From an uncultured delta proteobacterium (GTDB lineage: Bacteria > Myxococcota > Myxococcia > Myxococcales > Anaeromyxobacteraceae): 64,000 nucleotides of DNA. Numbering within the stretch: position 1 is the stretch's first letter; the number at the start of each line of letters is the position of its first letter. Below are positions 1 to 12,591 of the stretch, in pieces. The position numbers and the translations under genes are program-made. The notes below the pieces were generated by a model. It had not been told where the DNA came from. It worked only from the letters and a program-made list of their open reading frames with translations, and made no database searches. The stretch lies in contig CAVYBH010000001.1 in NCBI GenBank assembly GCA_963766715.1, forward strand, positions 160,001 to 224,000, given 5' to 3'.

Positions 1-1279
1 CCGCGACCGGCTCGGGGCGGGGAACGAGCGCCTTCACGCTGAGGGAGATGCGGGTGCCCTTCTTGGCGTCCTCCTCGATCTTGAGGACCTGCACCTGGAC
101 CTTGTCGCCCTGCCGGAGCAGGTCGCCGGGACGGGAGACCCGGTCCCAGGCCAGCTCGGACACGTGGACGAGCCCCTCGATGCCGCCGATGTCCACGAAC
201 GCGCCGTAGTCCTGCACGCTCGTGACCGTGCCCTCGAAGGCCGCGCCCGGCTCGAGCCGCTCGCGGGTCTTGCGGGCCTGCTCGGCGCGCTCCTCCTCGA
301 GGAGGGCGCGGCGGGAGAGGACGATGTCCCGCTCGTCGGCCTTCTGGACGCGGAAGCGGAGGCGCTGGCCCACCAGCGTGGCCGGGTCGCCGACGAAGCG
401 GACGTCGATCTGGGACATGGGGCAGAAGGCGCGCTGCCCCATCACGTCGACCTCGATGCCGCCCTTGTTGGCGCCGCTCACGACGCCCTCGACGGGCAGG
501 CCGGTCTGGGCGGCCTCCATCACGGCGCGCCGGTCGGAGTGGATCCGGGCCTTGCCGCGGCTGACCACGACGCCGCGCTCGCCGCCCTTCACCACCACGC
601 CGTCGATGATGTCGCCGGGCGCGAACTCGAGCTTGCCGTCGTCGTCCTGCAGCTCGATGGTCTCGATCATCCCGTCGGCCAGGCCGGAGCCGAGCTCGAG
701 GAAGGCCACGTCCTGGCCGATCTGGAGGATCTTGCCGGCCACCTTCTCGCCGGGCTGGAAGCGCCGGCGGGGCTTGGCCGCGGCGGCTGCGTCCGCGTAC
801 ATGTCCGCGAAGGAGCCCTCCTCGACCGCCGGGGCGTCGGGAGCGGGAGGCGGCTCGCCGGGCGGGAGCGCCGGTCCGCTGGGCTCGCGCGGCTGCTCCT
901 TGCGCATCTCGCGCCGCTCGCGCGGGCCGCCGTCGCGGCGAGGCGGTCCGCCGCGGGCGCCGGCACCACCGGGACCTCCGGCACCACTGGCGCCACCGGG
1001 ACCTCCCGGGCGCGGGCCGCGGGGAGGACGGCCGGGCTGCGCCGGCCTCGCCGGGGACGGAGCCGCGCCGGCCGCAGGAGCGCCGGACGCACCGGTCTTG
1101 GAATCGGCCAGCCGCTGCCAGAGCGGCCGGTGGTCCTCGACCGCAGGAGCGGCGGGACCGGTCTCGGCTCCGAGCTGCTCCACGACGGGGGTCTCGATCT
1201 TCACGCCCGGGGGCGGGGGCTTCACGTGCCCCTTGCGGACGACGACGGGGCCGGCTTCGCGCTTCTTCTCGTCAGACAT
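1..1279 (-). CDS. S1 RNA-binding domain protein (ribosomal protein S1-like) with long G/P/R-rich N-terminus; 3' end runs off the window
   Basis: Manual translation from ATG at 1279 (MSDEKKREAG...). S1 repeats seen, e.g. GTVTSVQDYGAFVDIGGIEGLVHVSELAWDRV and GGIEVDVMGQRAFCPMSQID. Absent from the ORF track, presumably because its stop lies outside the window. Confidence 0.85.
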   Translation of the reverse strand, partial: MSDEKKREAGPVVVRKGHVKPPPPGVKIETPVVEQLGAETGPAAPAVEDHRPLWQRLADSKTGASGAPAAGAAPSPARPAQPGRPPRGPRPGGPGGASGAGGPGGAGARGGPPRRDGGPRERREMRKEQPREPSGPALPPGEPPPAPDAPAVEEGSFADMYADAAAAAKPRRRFQPGEKVAGKILQIGQDVAFLELGSGLADGMIETIELQDDDGKLEFAPGDIIDGVVVKGGERGVVVSRGKARIHSDRRAVMEAAQTGLPVEGVVSGANKGGIEVDVMGQRAFCPMSQIDVRFVGDPATLVGQRLRFRVQKADERDIVLSRRALLEEERAEQARKTRERLEPGAAFEGTVTSVQDYGAFVDIGGIEGLVHVSELAWDRVSRPGDLLRQGDKVQVQVLKIEEDAKKGTRISLSVKALVPRPEPVA

Positions 1280-1318
1280 GGCGCGCGGGTTATAACACGC
1301 CGGTAAACAAGGGGAATC

Positions 1319-1669
1319 GTGACGAACGATCGAAGGACCCTGGTGTTCCTGTCCCACCCGGACGACGCGGCCCTGCGCATGGCGGGCTCCTGCGCGCTGG
1401 CGGCCGCGGCGATGGGGGATCGCGTCGACGTCTTCCTGCTCGGAGCGGCGGTCCGCGCGGTGGTGGAAGGCGCCGGCGAGCCGGACGAGCCGTCGCGGGC
1501 GCTCTTCCAGGCGCGCCAGGCCGGAACCTGCCGGATCTTCGCCTGCTCGCAGGGGCTCGTGGAATCCGGGCTCCCTCCAACGGCGGCCCAGGAGGTCCTC
1601 GACGCGGTGGTCGGCTGGCCCACCATCCTGGAGTGGTCGCGCGGGGTCAGCGACCGTTTTTTCTTCTGA
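1319..1669 (+). CDS. DsrE/DsrF-like (peroxiredoxin-family) small protein
   Basis: 116 aa; 'ALAAAAMGDRVDVFL' and 'CRIFACSQGL' match the DsrE-like pattern. Confidence 0.6.
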   Translation: MTNDRRTLVFLSHPDDAALRMAGSCALAAAAMGDRVDVFLLGAAVRAVVEGAGEPDEPSRALFQARQAGTCRIFACSQGLVESGLPPTAAQEVLDAVVGWPTILEWSRGVSDRFFF

Positions 1670-1692
1670 CCGGCCCGTGAGATGATTTCCCG

Positions 1693-2428
1693 GTGACCTT
1701 CGACGCGGCGCGACCCCTGCCCGTCCTCCTGCTCCCCGGGCTCGACGGGAGCGCCCGGCTCTTCCAGCGGTTCCAGGCGGTGGCCTCGGGCGCGCTCGAC
1801 TTCCGGACCCTCCCGTACCCCTCCGATCGGTTCCTCGACTACGGGGAGCTCGAGACTCTTCGTGCGCGGCCATCTCCCGCGGGGGCGCTTCGCCATCCTG
1901 GGCGAGTCGTTCGGCGGCCCGCTCGCGCTGCGCCTCGCCGCGACCGCGCCGCGCGGCCTCGTCGCCGTGGTGCTGGCCGCGACCTTCCACCGGCTCCCGG
2001 CGCGCCCCATCCTCGCGCGGGCCTCGCCGCTCGCGCCGGCGTTCTTCCGGCTGCCGCTGCCGCCGCACGTGGTCCGGCTGCTGCTCGCCGGGGGAGACGC
2101 GCCCCGCGAGCTGGTGGAGGAGGTCCGCTCCGCGGTGGCCGGGGTCCCGGCCCGCGTCATGGCGTCCCGCGCCCGCGCCGCGCTCTCCGTCGACGCCTCC
2201 GAGGCGCTCCGGTCCTGCCCGGTGCCGGTGCTCTTCCTGGGCGGCAAGAAGGACCGGCTGCTCCGGCGGCAGATCCCCGCCGAGATCCGCGCGCTCCGGC
2301 CCGCCGCGGAGATCCGCATGCTCGACACGCCGCACCTGGTGCTGCAGCGCCGGCCGGAGGAGTCGATGCGGATCGTCGAGGAGTTCCTGCTGCGGACCGC
2401 GGCCGCTTCGGCGCCGGTGGCCGCGTAG
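1693..2428 (+). CDS. Alpha/beta hydrolase (frameshift near 1860)
   Basis: LLPGLDGS oxyanion region in the first frame; GESFG nucleophile elbow and C-terminal His (TPHLVLQ) in the 1862..2428 frame. Confidence 0.8.
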
Positions 2429-2454
2429 CCGAAGGACGGGCGGCCGGAAACGAG

Positions 2455-2482
2455 GAGGGCCGCCCCTCGCGGAGCGGCCCTC
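2455..2482 (-). terminator. Hairpin between convergent hydrolase and gltA, probable intrinsic terminator
   Basis: GAGGGCCGC...GCGGCCCTC inverted repeat; short TTT follows on the minus strand. Confidence 0.55.
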
Positions 2483-2508
2483 GGGTCACGTCACGATGCG
2501 GTGGAAGG

Positions 2509-3843
2509 CTACTCCTCGGCGCCCTTGCGGCCGCCGTCCTTGGCCCACTGCTCGAGCATGTCGGTGGTGACCGACTTGGGGCGCTCGATCGCGTAGCCGA
2601 GGCCGCGGTCCCAGGTGATGTTGGCGAGCACGCCCAGCGCGCGGCCGACGCCGAAGAGGACCGTGTAGAAGTCCCACTCGCGGACGCCGTAGTACCACTG
2701 GATGACGCCCGAGTGCGCGTCGACGTTCGGCCAGGGGTTCTTGGTCTTGCCGTGCTTGGTGAGGACGCCCGGCGCCACCTCGTAGATCATGTTCACGAGC
2801 TGGAAGATGGGGTCGTTGGGCAGGTGCTTCTTCGAGTACTCGTTCTGGGCGACGTAGCGCGGGTCGGTCTTGCGGAGCACGGCGTGGCCGTAGCCCGGGA
2901 TGACCTGGCCCGAGTTCAGGGTGTCCCAGAGGAACTTCTCGAGCTCCTCCTTGGTGGGCACCTTGTTGTTGAGCTTCTTCATCACGTTCATGATCCAGCC
3001 GAGCACTTCCTGGTTCGCCAGGCCGTGCAGCGGGCCGGCCAGGCCGTTCAGGCCGGCCGAGAACGAGTAGTACGCGTCGGACAGCGCCGAGGCCACGAGG
3101 TGCGTGGTGTGCGCCGAGACGTTCCCCGACTCGTGGTCCGAGTGGAGGATGAAGTACATGCGGGCCACCTCGTCGTACGGAGGCGCCACGCCCATCATGT
3201 GCGCGAAGTTCCCGCCCCAGTCGAGCTTCGGGTCGGCCTGGATGAAGGTGTCTCCCTTGTACTTCATCCGGTAGATGTACGCGGCGATGGCCGGCAGCTT
3301 CGCCAGCAGGTTCATCGAGTCCTCGAACATCGGGTCCCACATGTCGTTCTTCTTGAGCCCGCCCTCGCCGTACTTCTTGGCGAAGATCGAGTCACGCTGC
3401 ATCGACAGCACGGCCGTCGAGAGCATGGTCATGGGATGGGAGTCGCGCGGCAGCGCGCGCAGCACGTCGATCACGTACTGCGGGACCTGGGAGCGGGCCT
3501 TCCAGTCCTCCACGACCTCCTGCGTCTGGGCCATGGTGGGGATCTCGCCGGTCAGCAGGAACCAGAAGAACCCTTCGACGAACGGCTGCTCCTTGCCGGG
3601 GACCTTGGGCAGGGCCGCGAAGGTCTCGGGGATCGTCTTGCCGCGGAAGCGGATGCCCTCGATCGGATCGAGGTAGGAGATGTCGGTGACGAGGCTGCGG
3701 ACGTCGCGCGCACCGCCGATGCACTGGCCGATGTTCACCTTGTCGATGACGACGTTGCCAAACTCCTTGTTGAGCTTCGTGGTCCGGGGGCGGTGCGCCT
3801 CGATCTTCTCGAGGAGCTTCGCCTTGAGATTGCTCTGGGCCAT
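2509..3843 (-). CDS. gltA: Citrate (Si)-synthase, eukaryote-like type
   Basis: HSDHESGNVSAH, GLAGPLHGLANQEV, IPGYGHAVLRKTDPR, NPWPNVDAHSG motifs; start MAQSNLK at 3843. Confidence 0.95.
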   Translation of the reverse strand: MAQSNLKAKLLEKIEAHRPRTTKLNKEFGNVVIDKVNIGQCIGGARDVRSLVTDISYLDPIEGIRFRGKTIPETFAALPKVPGKEQPFVEGFFWFLLTGEIPTMAQTQEVVEDWKARSQVPQYVIDVLRALPRDSHPMTMLSTAVLSMQRDSIFAKKYGEGGLKKNDMWDPMFEDSMNLLAKLPAIAAYIYRMKYKGDTFIQADPKLDWGGNFAHMMGVAPPYDEVARMYFILHSDHESGNVSAHTTHLVASALSDAYYSFSAGLNGLAGPLHGLANQEVLGWIMNVMKKLNNKVPTKEELEKFLWDTLNSGQVIPGYGHAVLRKTDPRYVAQNEYSKKHLPNDPIFQLVNMIYEVAPGVLTKHGKTKNPWPNVDAHSGVIQWYYGVREWDFYTVLFGVGRALGVLANITWDRGLGYAIERPKSVTTDMLEQWAKDGGRKGAEE

Positions 3844-4038
3844 GTGGGAACTCCTACCGCTGAAAGGTGGACGGGATGCTGCGATCGGTTCGAAGAGTCG
3901 GCGAATGGTACCCGATCCATCCCATCGCACAACGCAGATCGTCATGGACGATCACGGTGGGTGGATGCCTTTGATGGCGGTCAAAGCGACCATGAGAAAT
4001 GGTGTCGTGGAGTCGTCATCCCCGGACGGGTTGCCTCG

Positions 4039-4078
4039 AAAAAAAATGGGGCCGCCGCGCGATATCGCGGGCGACCCC
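4039..4078 (-). terminator. Intrinsic terminator of the 4124..4561 gene
   Basis: GC stem GGGGCCGCC...GGCGACCCC followed on the minus strand by a T8 run (A8 at 4039-4046). Confidence 0.75.
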
Positions 4079-4123
4079 GGCTCTCTCGAGCACACGGCAA
4101 TCCCCGGGTGACCCGGGGAAAAG

Positions 4124-4561
4124 CTACTTTCGCCAGCCCGCGGCCAGCGCGGCCGCGATCTGCTGGGACATCAACCCGGCGTCGATCGGCCGCTGGGGAG
4201 CGACCGGCGCGGCCTCGGCGACCGATTCGGAAGTCGACGCGACGTCGACGTCGGCCACGCTCTCCTCCTGCTCGCGGCGGCGCGGCTTGTCGGCCCCGGC
4301 GCCGGACCGGCACCCGCGGCACCAGGGCTGGTTGCGGATGGAGCCATCGGCCATGCGGCGCAGGCCGAACATGGCGAGCGGGCGCATCTGGTGGCACTTG
4401 AGGCACATGAGGGTGATGAGGACCTCGTGCCCGTCGGCGTCGTAGACGGCCGACTTGCGGCGCCGGGGCTTCGGCGGCGCCAGGGGATCCCGGAGCTTGC
4501 GCGCCGGGGGAGCTTCGAGGCTCGCGGTGATCGCGGGAGCAACCATGACCTTCACTGCCAT
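4124..4561 (-). CDS. Hypothetical protein with putative C4 zinc finger
   Basis: MAVKVMVAP...CLKC-x(24)-CRGC; AGGAGG RBS upstream; own terminator. Confidence 0.7.
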   Translation of the reverse strand: MAVKVMVAPAITASLEAPPARKLRDPLAPPKPRRRKSAVYDADGHEVLITLMCLKCHQMRPLAMFGLRRMADGSIRNQPWCRGCRSGAGADKPRRREQEESVADVDVASTSESVAEAAPVAPQRPIDAGLMSQQIAAALAAGWRK

Positions 4562-4719
4562 GTCGACCGACCTCCTGAAGGGAATGCCCGGCGGCGCTCG
4601 TGGAGCCGACACCGGCAGCCTGCATCGTGGATCAGGGGTCTGACAGTCGGAGAGGCCCCGGCAGGCGCGGCTGCCCGCACCTTGACGCGGACACCCCGAA
4701 GCGCCCAGGCTGTTCCCCC

Positions 4720-4950
4720 ATGGCTTCGAAGAAGCGCACCACCGTCCATCTCGACGCGCGCCTGCACCGCGCGCTCCAGCTGAAGGCGAAGGCGAACGAC
4801 TGCACCATCTCGGAGATGGTCGCCGACGCCCTGCGCCAGGTCCTCGCCGACGAAGCCCACGACATCGAGAAGGCCCGGCCCCCGGAGCCCGATCGGAAGA
4901 TGACGCTGGCCGCGGTCGGCGCCCGCCTGAAGCGGCGGCCGAAGGGCTGA
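4720..4950 (+). CDS. CopG/ribbon-helix-helix DNA-binding protein (antitoxin-like)
   Basis: MASKKRTTVHLDARLHRALQLKAKANDCTISEMVADALR: beta-strand plus two helices RHH pattern. Confidence 0.75.
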   Translation: MASKKRTTVHLDARLHRALQLKAKANDCTISEMVADALRQVLADEAHDIEKARPPEPDRKMTLAAVGARLKRRPKG

Positions 4951-4956
4951 TCCCCG

Positions 4957-6716
4957 CTACCCGCGGAGGAGCTGCCGCTCCACCAGCCTCGCGTACGCGC
5001 CCCCGCGCGCCATGAGCTCGGCGTGCGTGCCGGTCTCGACCACCTGGCCGCCGTCGATCACCACCACCCGGTCGGCGCCGATGACGGTGGAGAGGCGGTG
5101 GGCGATCACCACCGAGGTCCGCCCCCGCATGAGCTTGGTGAGCGCGTCCTGCACGAGCGCCTCCGACTCGGCGTCGAGCGCGCTCGTGGCCTCGTCGAGG
5201 AGCAGGATGCGGGGATCCTTGAGGAGCGCGCGCGCGATGGCGATGCGCTGCTTCTGCCCGCCGGAGAGCTGCTGGCCCCGCTCGCCCACCCGCGTGGCCA
5301 GCCCGTCGGGGAAGGCCGTCACGAAGCTCTCGGCGTTGGCGGCCCGCAGCGCGTCGCGGACCTCGGCGTCGGTGGCCCCGGGTGCGCCCGTAGCGGACGT
5401 TGTCGGCGATGGTGGTGGAGAAGAGCACCGGCTCCTGCGACACCACGCCCACCAGCCGGCGCAGCCAGGCCGGGTCGAGCTCGCGGACGTCCACGCCGTC
5501 GAGCGTGAGCCGCCCGGCGGTCGGGTCGTAGAGGCGCGACAGCATGGCGCCCATCGTCGACTTGCCGCCGCCGGAGGGGCCGACGAGCGCCACCACCTGT
5601 CCGGGCTCGGCCGCGAGGTCGATCCCCTGCAGCACCTCGACGTCCGGGCGGGTGGGGTAGCGGAAGTGGACCCCCTCGAAGGCCACCCGGCCGGCGACGC
5701 GGTCCAGGCGGCGTCCCCCCGACACCGGCATCTCGGGCTGTCGCGCGGTGAGCTCGAAGACCCGCTCGGCGGCGCCGAGCCCCTTCATCGCCTCGGCCCA
5801 GATGTCGGCCAGCGTGCCCAGCCCCATGGCGATGAGGAGCGTGTAGACGAGGAAGGCGGTGAGGGCGCCGGCGGTGAGCTCGCCCGCGGCCACCAGCGAG
5901 CCGCCGTATCCGAGCACGAGCGCGATGGCGGCGTAGATGCCGGTCGCGGCGGACCCCATGAAGATCGACGCGGCCTTGGCGCGCGTCCGCGCCAGCTGGA
6001 AGCTCGACTCGATGGCGCCCGCGTACCGGGCCTGCTCGGCGGGCTCGGCGGCGAACGACCGGACGGTGCGGATGGCCGAGAGCGACTCCTCCGCGGCGTG
6101 GCCGGCGTCGGCCAGCGCGTCCTGGTACCGCTTCGAGAGGGCGCGCACCTTCCGGCCGTAGAAGACCGCGCCGATGGCCACCGCCGGGACGACGAGCAGC
6201 ATGACGCCGGTGAGCTTCGCCGACGTGATGACGAGCAGCACGAGCCCGCCCACGACCTGGACCGCGTTGCGGAGCGCCATCGACAGCTGGGAGGAGAGCA
6301 GCCCCTGCAGGGAGGCCGTGTCGGACGCCAGTCGCGAGGTGAGGTCGCCGGTGCGCTGGCCGTCGAAGAAGGCCACCTCCTGCACCACGAGCGAGTCGAA
6401 GAGCTGCTCCCGGACCCGCTTCACGCCCCGTTCACCGGCCAGGCCGAAGAGGTAGGCGCGGCCGCCCACGGCGAGCCCCTGCACCACGGCGAGCGTGGCC
6501 ATGAGGATCGCGGCGAAGCGGATCCGCCCCACGTCGCGGTTGGAGAGCGCGCCATCGACGATGATGCGGATGCCCTGGGGATAGGCGAGCGCCGCCGCCG
6601 AGCCGAGCAGGAGGAGCGCGGTGGCGCCGGCGAGCGCCTTCCACTCCCTCCGCAGCAGGGGCAGGAGGTGGCGGACGGCGGAGAGGCGGGAGGGGGAGGG
6701 ATGTGGAAGTGGACAC
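4957..6716 (-). CDS. ABC exporter, fused permease/ATPase (MsbA/ABCB-like); frameshifts near 6700 and 5380
   Basis: Multi-TM domain, Walker [18 protein letters not shown] signature, [18 protein letters not shown]. Confidence 0.9.
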
Positions 6717-6750
6717 CGGCCCTGGAAGCTAACCCGTGGCCGGGGGCGTC

Positions 6751-6774
6751 GCCAGTTCAACCGGTTGAACTGGC
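6751..6774. promoter_or_regulatory. Perfect 24-bp palindrome, candidate operator of the ABC exporter
   Basis: GCCAGTTCAACCGGTTGAACTGGC, intergenic, about 35 bp upstream of the exporter start. Confidence 0.55.
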
Positions 6775-6807
6775 CTGCGACCCACCCCGTTCGAGGCGGC
6801 GCCTCGA

Positions 6808-7113
6808 TCAGACGATTCTGAATCCCTTGAGGATTCGGATCGCCCCGGCCAGCACCGCAGCGGTGGCCGCGGTCACGCCCGGCTTCGCCTGGGCGCGGGT
6901 CCACGCGAAGCCGGCGGCGAGCAGCACCGCGAAGCTGAGCACGATCGGCAGCGGGAAGTTCCCCGACCGCACCTGGACGAGGTGGAAGAGGATTCCCGCC
7001 TGGAGCGCGGCAGCGAGCGCGGCCGCGAAGGCCGGCAGGCGCGCGCCGGCGTCGAAGAGCAGGACGAGCGACGCAGCCAGGGCGGCCACCGAGAGGATGT
7101 CGAACAGGCTCAT
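6808..7113 (-). CDS. Small hydrophobic membrane protein
   Basis: 101 aa, about 4 hydrophobic segments. Confidence 0.6.
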   Translation of the reverse strand: MSLFDILSVAALAASLVLLFDAGARLPAFAAALAAALQAGILFHLVQVRSGNFPLPIVLSFAVLLAAGFAWTRAQAKPGVTAATAAVLAGAIRILKGFRIV

Positions 7114-7212
7114 GGGGCGAATTCTGCCTCCGCCCCGCCCGGACGCCAGAAACCGGCCGCCGGGCGGGCGACGCGGCCGGACGTCGGAAGGCGGCGGCCG
7201 CCTCCCGGCGGG

Positions 7213-9870
<2,658 letters not shown>

Positions 9871-9939
9871 GGTGCAGGCCTCCGGGCCGGACATTACCGG
9901 CCGGAGCCGCCGCCGCAACGAACCCGGAGGGCCCCGGGC

Positions 9940-11053
9940 TCAGGAGACCCAGAAGAAGCGGGACCAGAAGAGGAAGAGGACCGCCTGGGCGAATGAGAAA
10001 CCGATCATCACCGCCCGGTCGACGGCGCCCCGGCGGCCGAGCATCGCCAGCGCGAGGAACATCGGGAAGATCACGGCGGCGAAGCGGGTCGAGGAGAGGA
10101 GGGTCCCGGAGAGGAGCACCGGGACGAGCGAGACGAGCCCCCACACCCCGAGCGGCCGGGTCTCCCGGCGTCCGAGCAGCCACGCCGAGAGCGCCGCCGC
10201 GAGGGCGAGCGAGGCCGCCTCGACCGGGCCGAGCCAGGCGTGGAAGTCGCGCGGGTGGAGCAGCGTCTGCCAGGGCGTGGCGAGCGAGCGCCCCCAGGCG
10301 GCCTGGGCGTGGAAGAGCGCCAGCGGGTCCCCGGTGAGCCGCCAGAGGATCCCGGCGTGGAGGAGGAGCCCGAGCCCGGGCAGCGCGGCGGCGGCGAGCG
10401 CGGGAAGGCGCCGGCCTCCCTGCCCGAGCGCGATCCAGGCGAGCGGCACCGCCACGAGGACGCCGCCCGGACGGGTGAGCGCGAGGAGGAGGCCGAGCAC
10501 GCCCGCGAGACCGGGCCGCCCCTTCATCGCCGCGCCCAGGCTCCCCACCGACAGGAGGAGGAAGAGCGCCTCGGGGTAGGGCGCCGACAGGACGAACCCG
10601 GCCGGGAAGAGGAGCGCGTAGAGGACGGCCCGCGACGCCGTCTCGTCGTCGCCCGCCACGGCCCGCGCGAGCCGCCAGAAGAGCCAGAGCCCGGCCAGCG
10701 CGGCCGCGTTCGAGACCGCCAGCGCGCAGAGGTAGAGGGACGCCTCGCCCCCGGGCGCCGACGGCGTGGAGGAGCCGGATCGCCCACGGGTAGAGCGGGA
10801 AGAAGGCCACGTTCGACTGCACCGAGGCGAGCGGCCCGCGCAGCTCGTAGCCCCGCGCCGCCACGTCCAGGTACCAGTGGGCGTCCCACCGGCCGAAGGC
10901 GTCGAGCGCCCCGGGGAGGAAGGCCCAGCCGCGCCGCGCCGCCTCCGGGACCGGATAGGTCCAGCTCACCGACATCTGCGCGGCGAACCAGGCCACCCCG
11001 ACGAGGAGCAGCCTCGTCCAGACGAAGGGCAGGAGCACGGCGCGGAGGAACAT
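9940..11053 (-). CDS. Membrane GT-C glycosyltransferase (PIG-V/mannosyltransferase-like); frameshift near 10760
   Basis: RWDAHWYLDVAARGY, NVAFFPLYP, LSAPYPEALFLLL, LTRPGG; polytopic. Confidence 0.75.
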
Positions 11054-11104
11054 CCGGTCCTTCTACATCGCCCCATCCGGAGTTAGAACCTCCGTGGAGG
11101 CTTC

Positions 11105-12591
11105 ATGGGGCCCTCGCAGCGCTACCGGACGTCGCTCGCTCTCCTCACCGACTTCTACGAGCTCACCATGGCCTACGCGGCCTGGAAGGGCGGGGTGGCC
11201 GGCAAGGAGGCGGTGTTCCACCTCTCGTTCCGGCGCAATCCGTTCGAGGGCGGCTACGCGGTGGCCGCCGGCCTCGAGGACGCCGTCGACCTCCTGCTCC
11301 ACTCCCGGTTCACGGCGGACGACCTGGCCTACCTGGCCGGGCAGGCCGGGGCCGACGGCAAGCCGCTCTTCGAGCCGGCCTTCCTCGACTGGCTGGGCGG
11401 GATGGCGCTCGACGTGGACGTCGACGCCGTGCCCGAGGGGACCGTGGTCTTCCCGCACGAGCCCCTGCTGCGCGTGCGCGGCCCGATCGTGCCCTGCATG
11501 CTCCTCGAGACGCCGCTGCTCGCCATCGTGAACTTCCAGACGCTCATCGCCACCAAGGCGGCGCGCACGGTGCTCGCCGCGAAGGGGCAGCCGGTCATCG
11601 AGTTCGGGCTGCGCCGCGCCCAGGGCATCGACGGCGCGCTGTCGGCGTCTCGCGCGGCCTACGTGGGCGGCGTGGCCGGGACCTCGAACGTGCTCGCCGG
11701 GAAGATCTACGGCATCCCGGTGAAGGGCACCCACGCCCACAGCTGGGTGATGCTCTTCGACGACGAGAAGGAGGCCTTCCTCACCTACGCGAGGGCCCTG
11801 CCGTCGAACACGGTCCTGCTCGTCGACACCTACGACACCCTCGAGGGAGTCCGCCACGCCGTCGAGGTCGGGCTCTGGCTGCGCGAGCGCGGCCACCGGA
11901 TGGCCGGCATCCGGCTCGACTCGGGCGACCTCGCCTGGCTCTCGCAGCAGGCGCGCCGCCTGCTCGACGAGGCGGGGCTCCGGGACACCGCCATCCTGGC
12001 CTCCAACGAGCTCGACGAGTACGTCATCACCGCGCTGCACGACCAGAACGCGGCCATCGGGGTGTGGGGCGTGGGCACCCGCCTCGTCACCGGCTGGGGC
12101 GAGCCGGCCCTGGGGGGCGTCTACAAGCTGTCGGCCGTGCGGGACGGCCCGGGTGCACCCTGGGTGTACCGGGTGAAGCTCTCCGAGCAGCTGGCCAAGA
12201 CCACCGTCCCGGGCATCCTGCAGGTGCGCCGCTACCGCCACGACGAGGGCTACCTGGCCGACGTGATCTTCGACGAGGACCAGGGGCTTCCCGCCGCCCC
12301 CGAGATGATCGACCCGCTCGACCACACCCGGCGCCGCGTCGTCCCCGCCGGCACGCCGGGCGAGGACCTGCTCGTGCCGGTGCTGCGCGCCGGGGCCCCG
12401 GTGTGGACGCCGCCTCCGCTCTCCGAGGTCCGCGCCCGCGCCCAGGCCGGCCTCGCCGGCTTCCACGCCGGCGTGAAGCGGCTCGGTCAACCCCCACGCC
12501 TTCCCGGTGGGGCTTGCAGCGGGCGCTCCACGACCTGAGGACCCGCCTCGTCCTCGAGGCCCGGGACGCGGGCCACCGGAGGGCGCCGTGA
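11105..12591 (+). CDS. pncB: Nicotinate phosphoribosyltransferase (frameshift near 12490)
   Basis: LLTDFYELTM, EFGLRRAQG, GTHAHSW, LLVDTYD, IRLDSGDL, GGVYKL. Confidence 0.93.
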
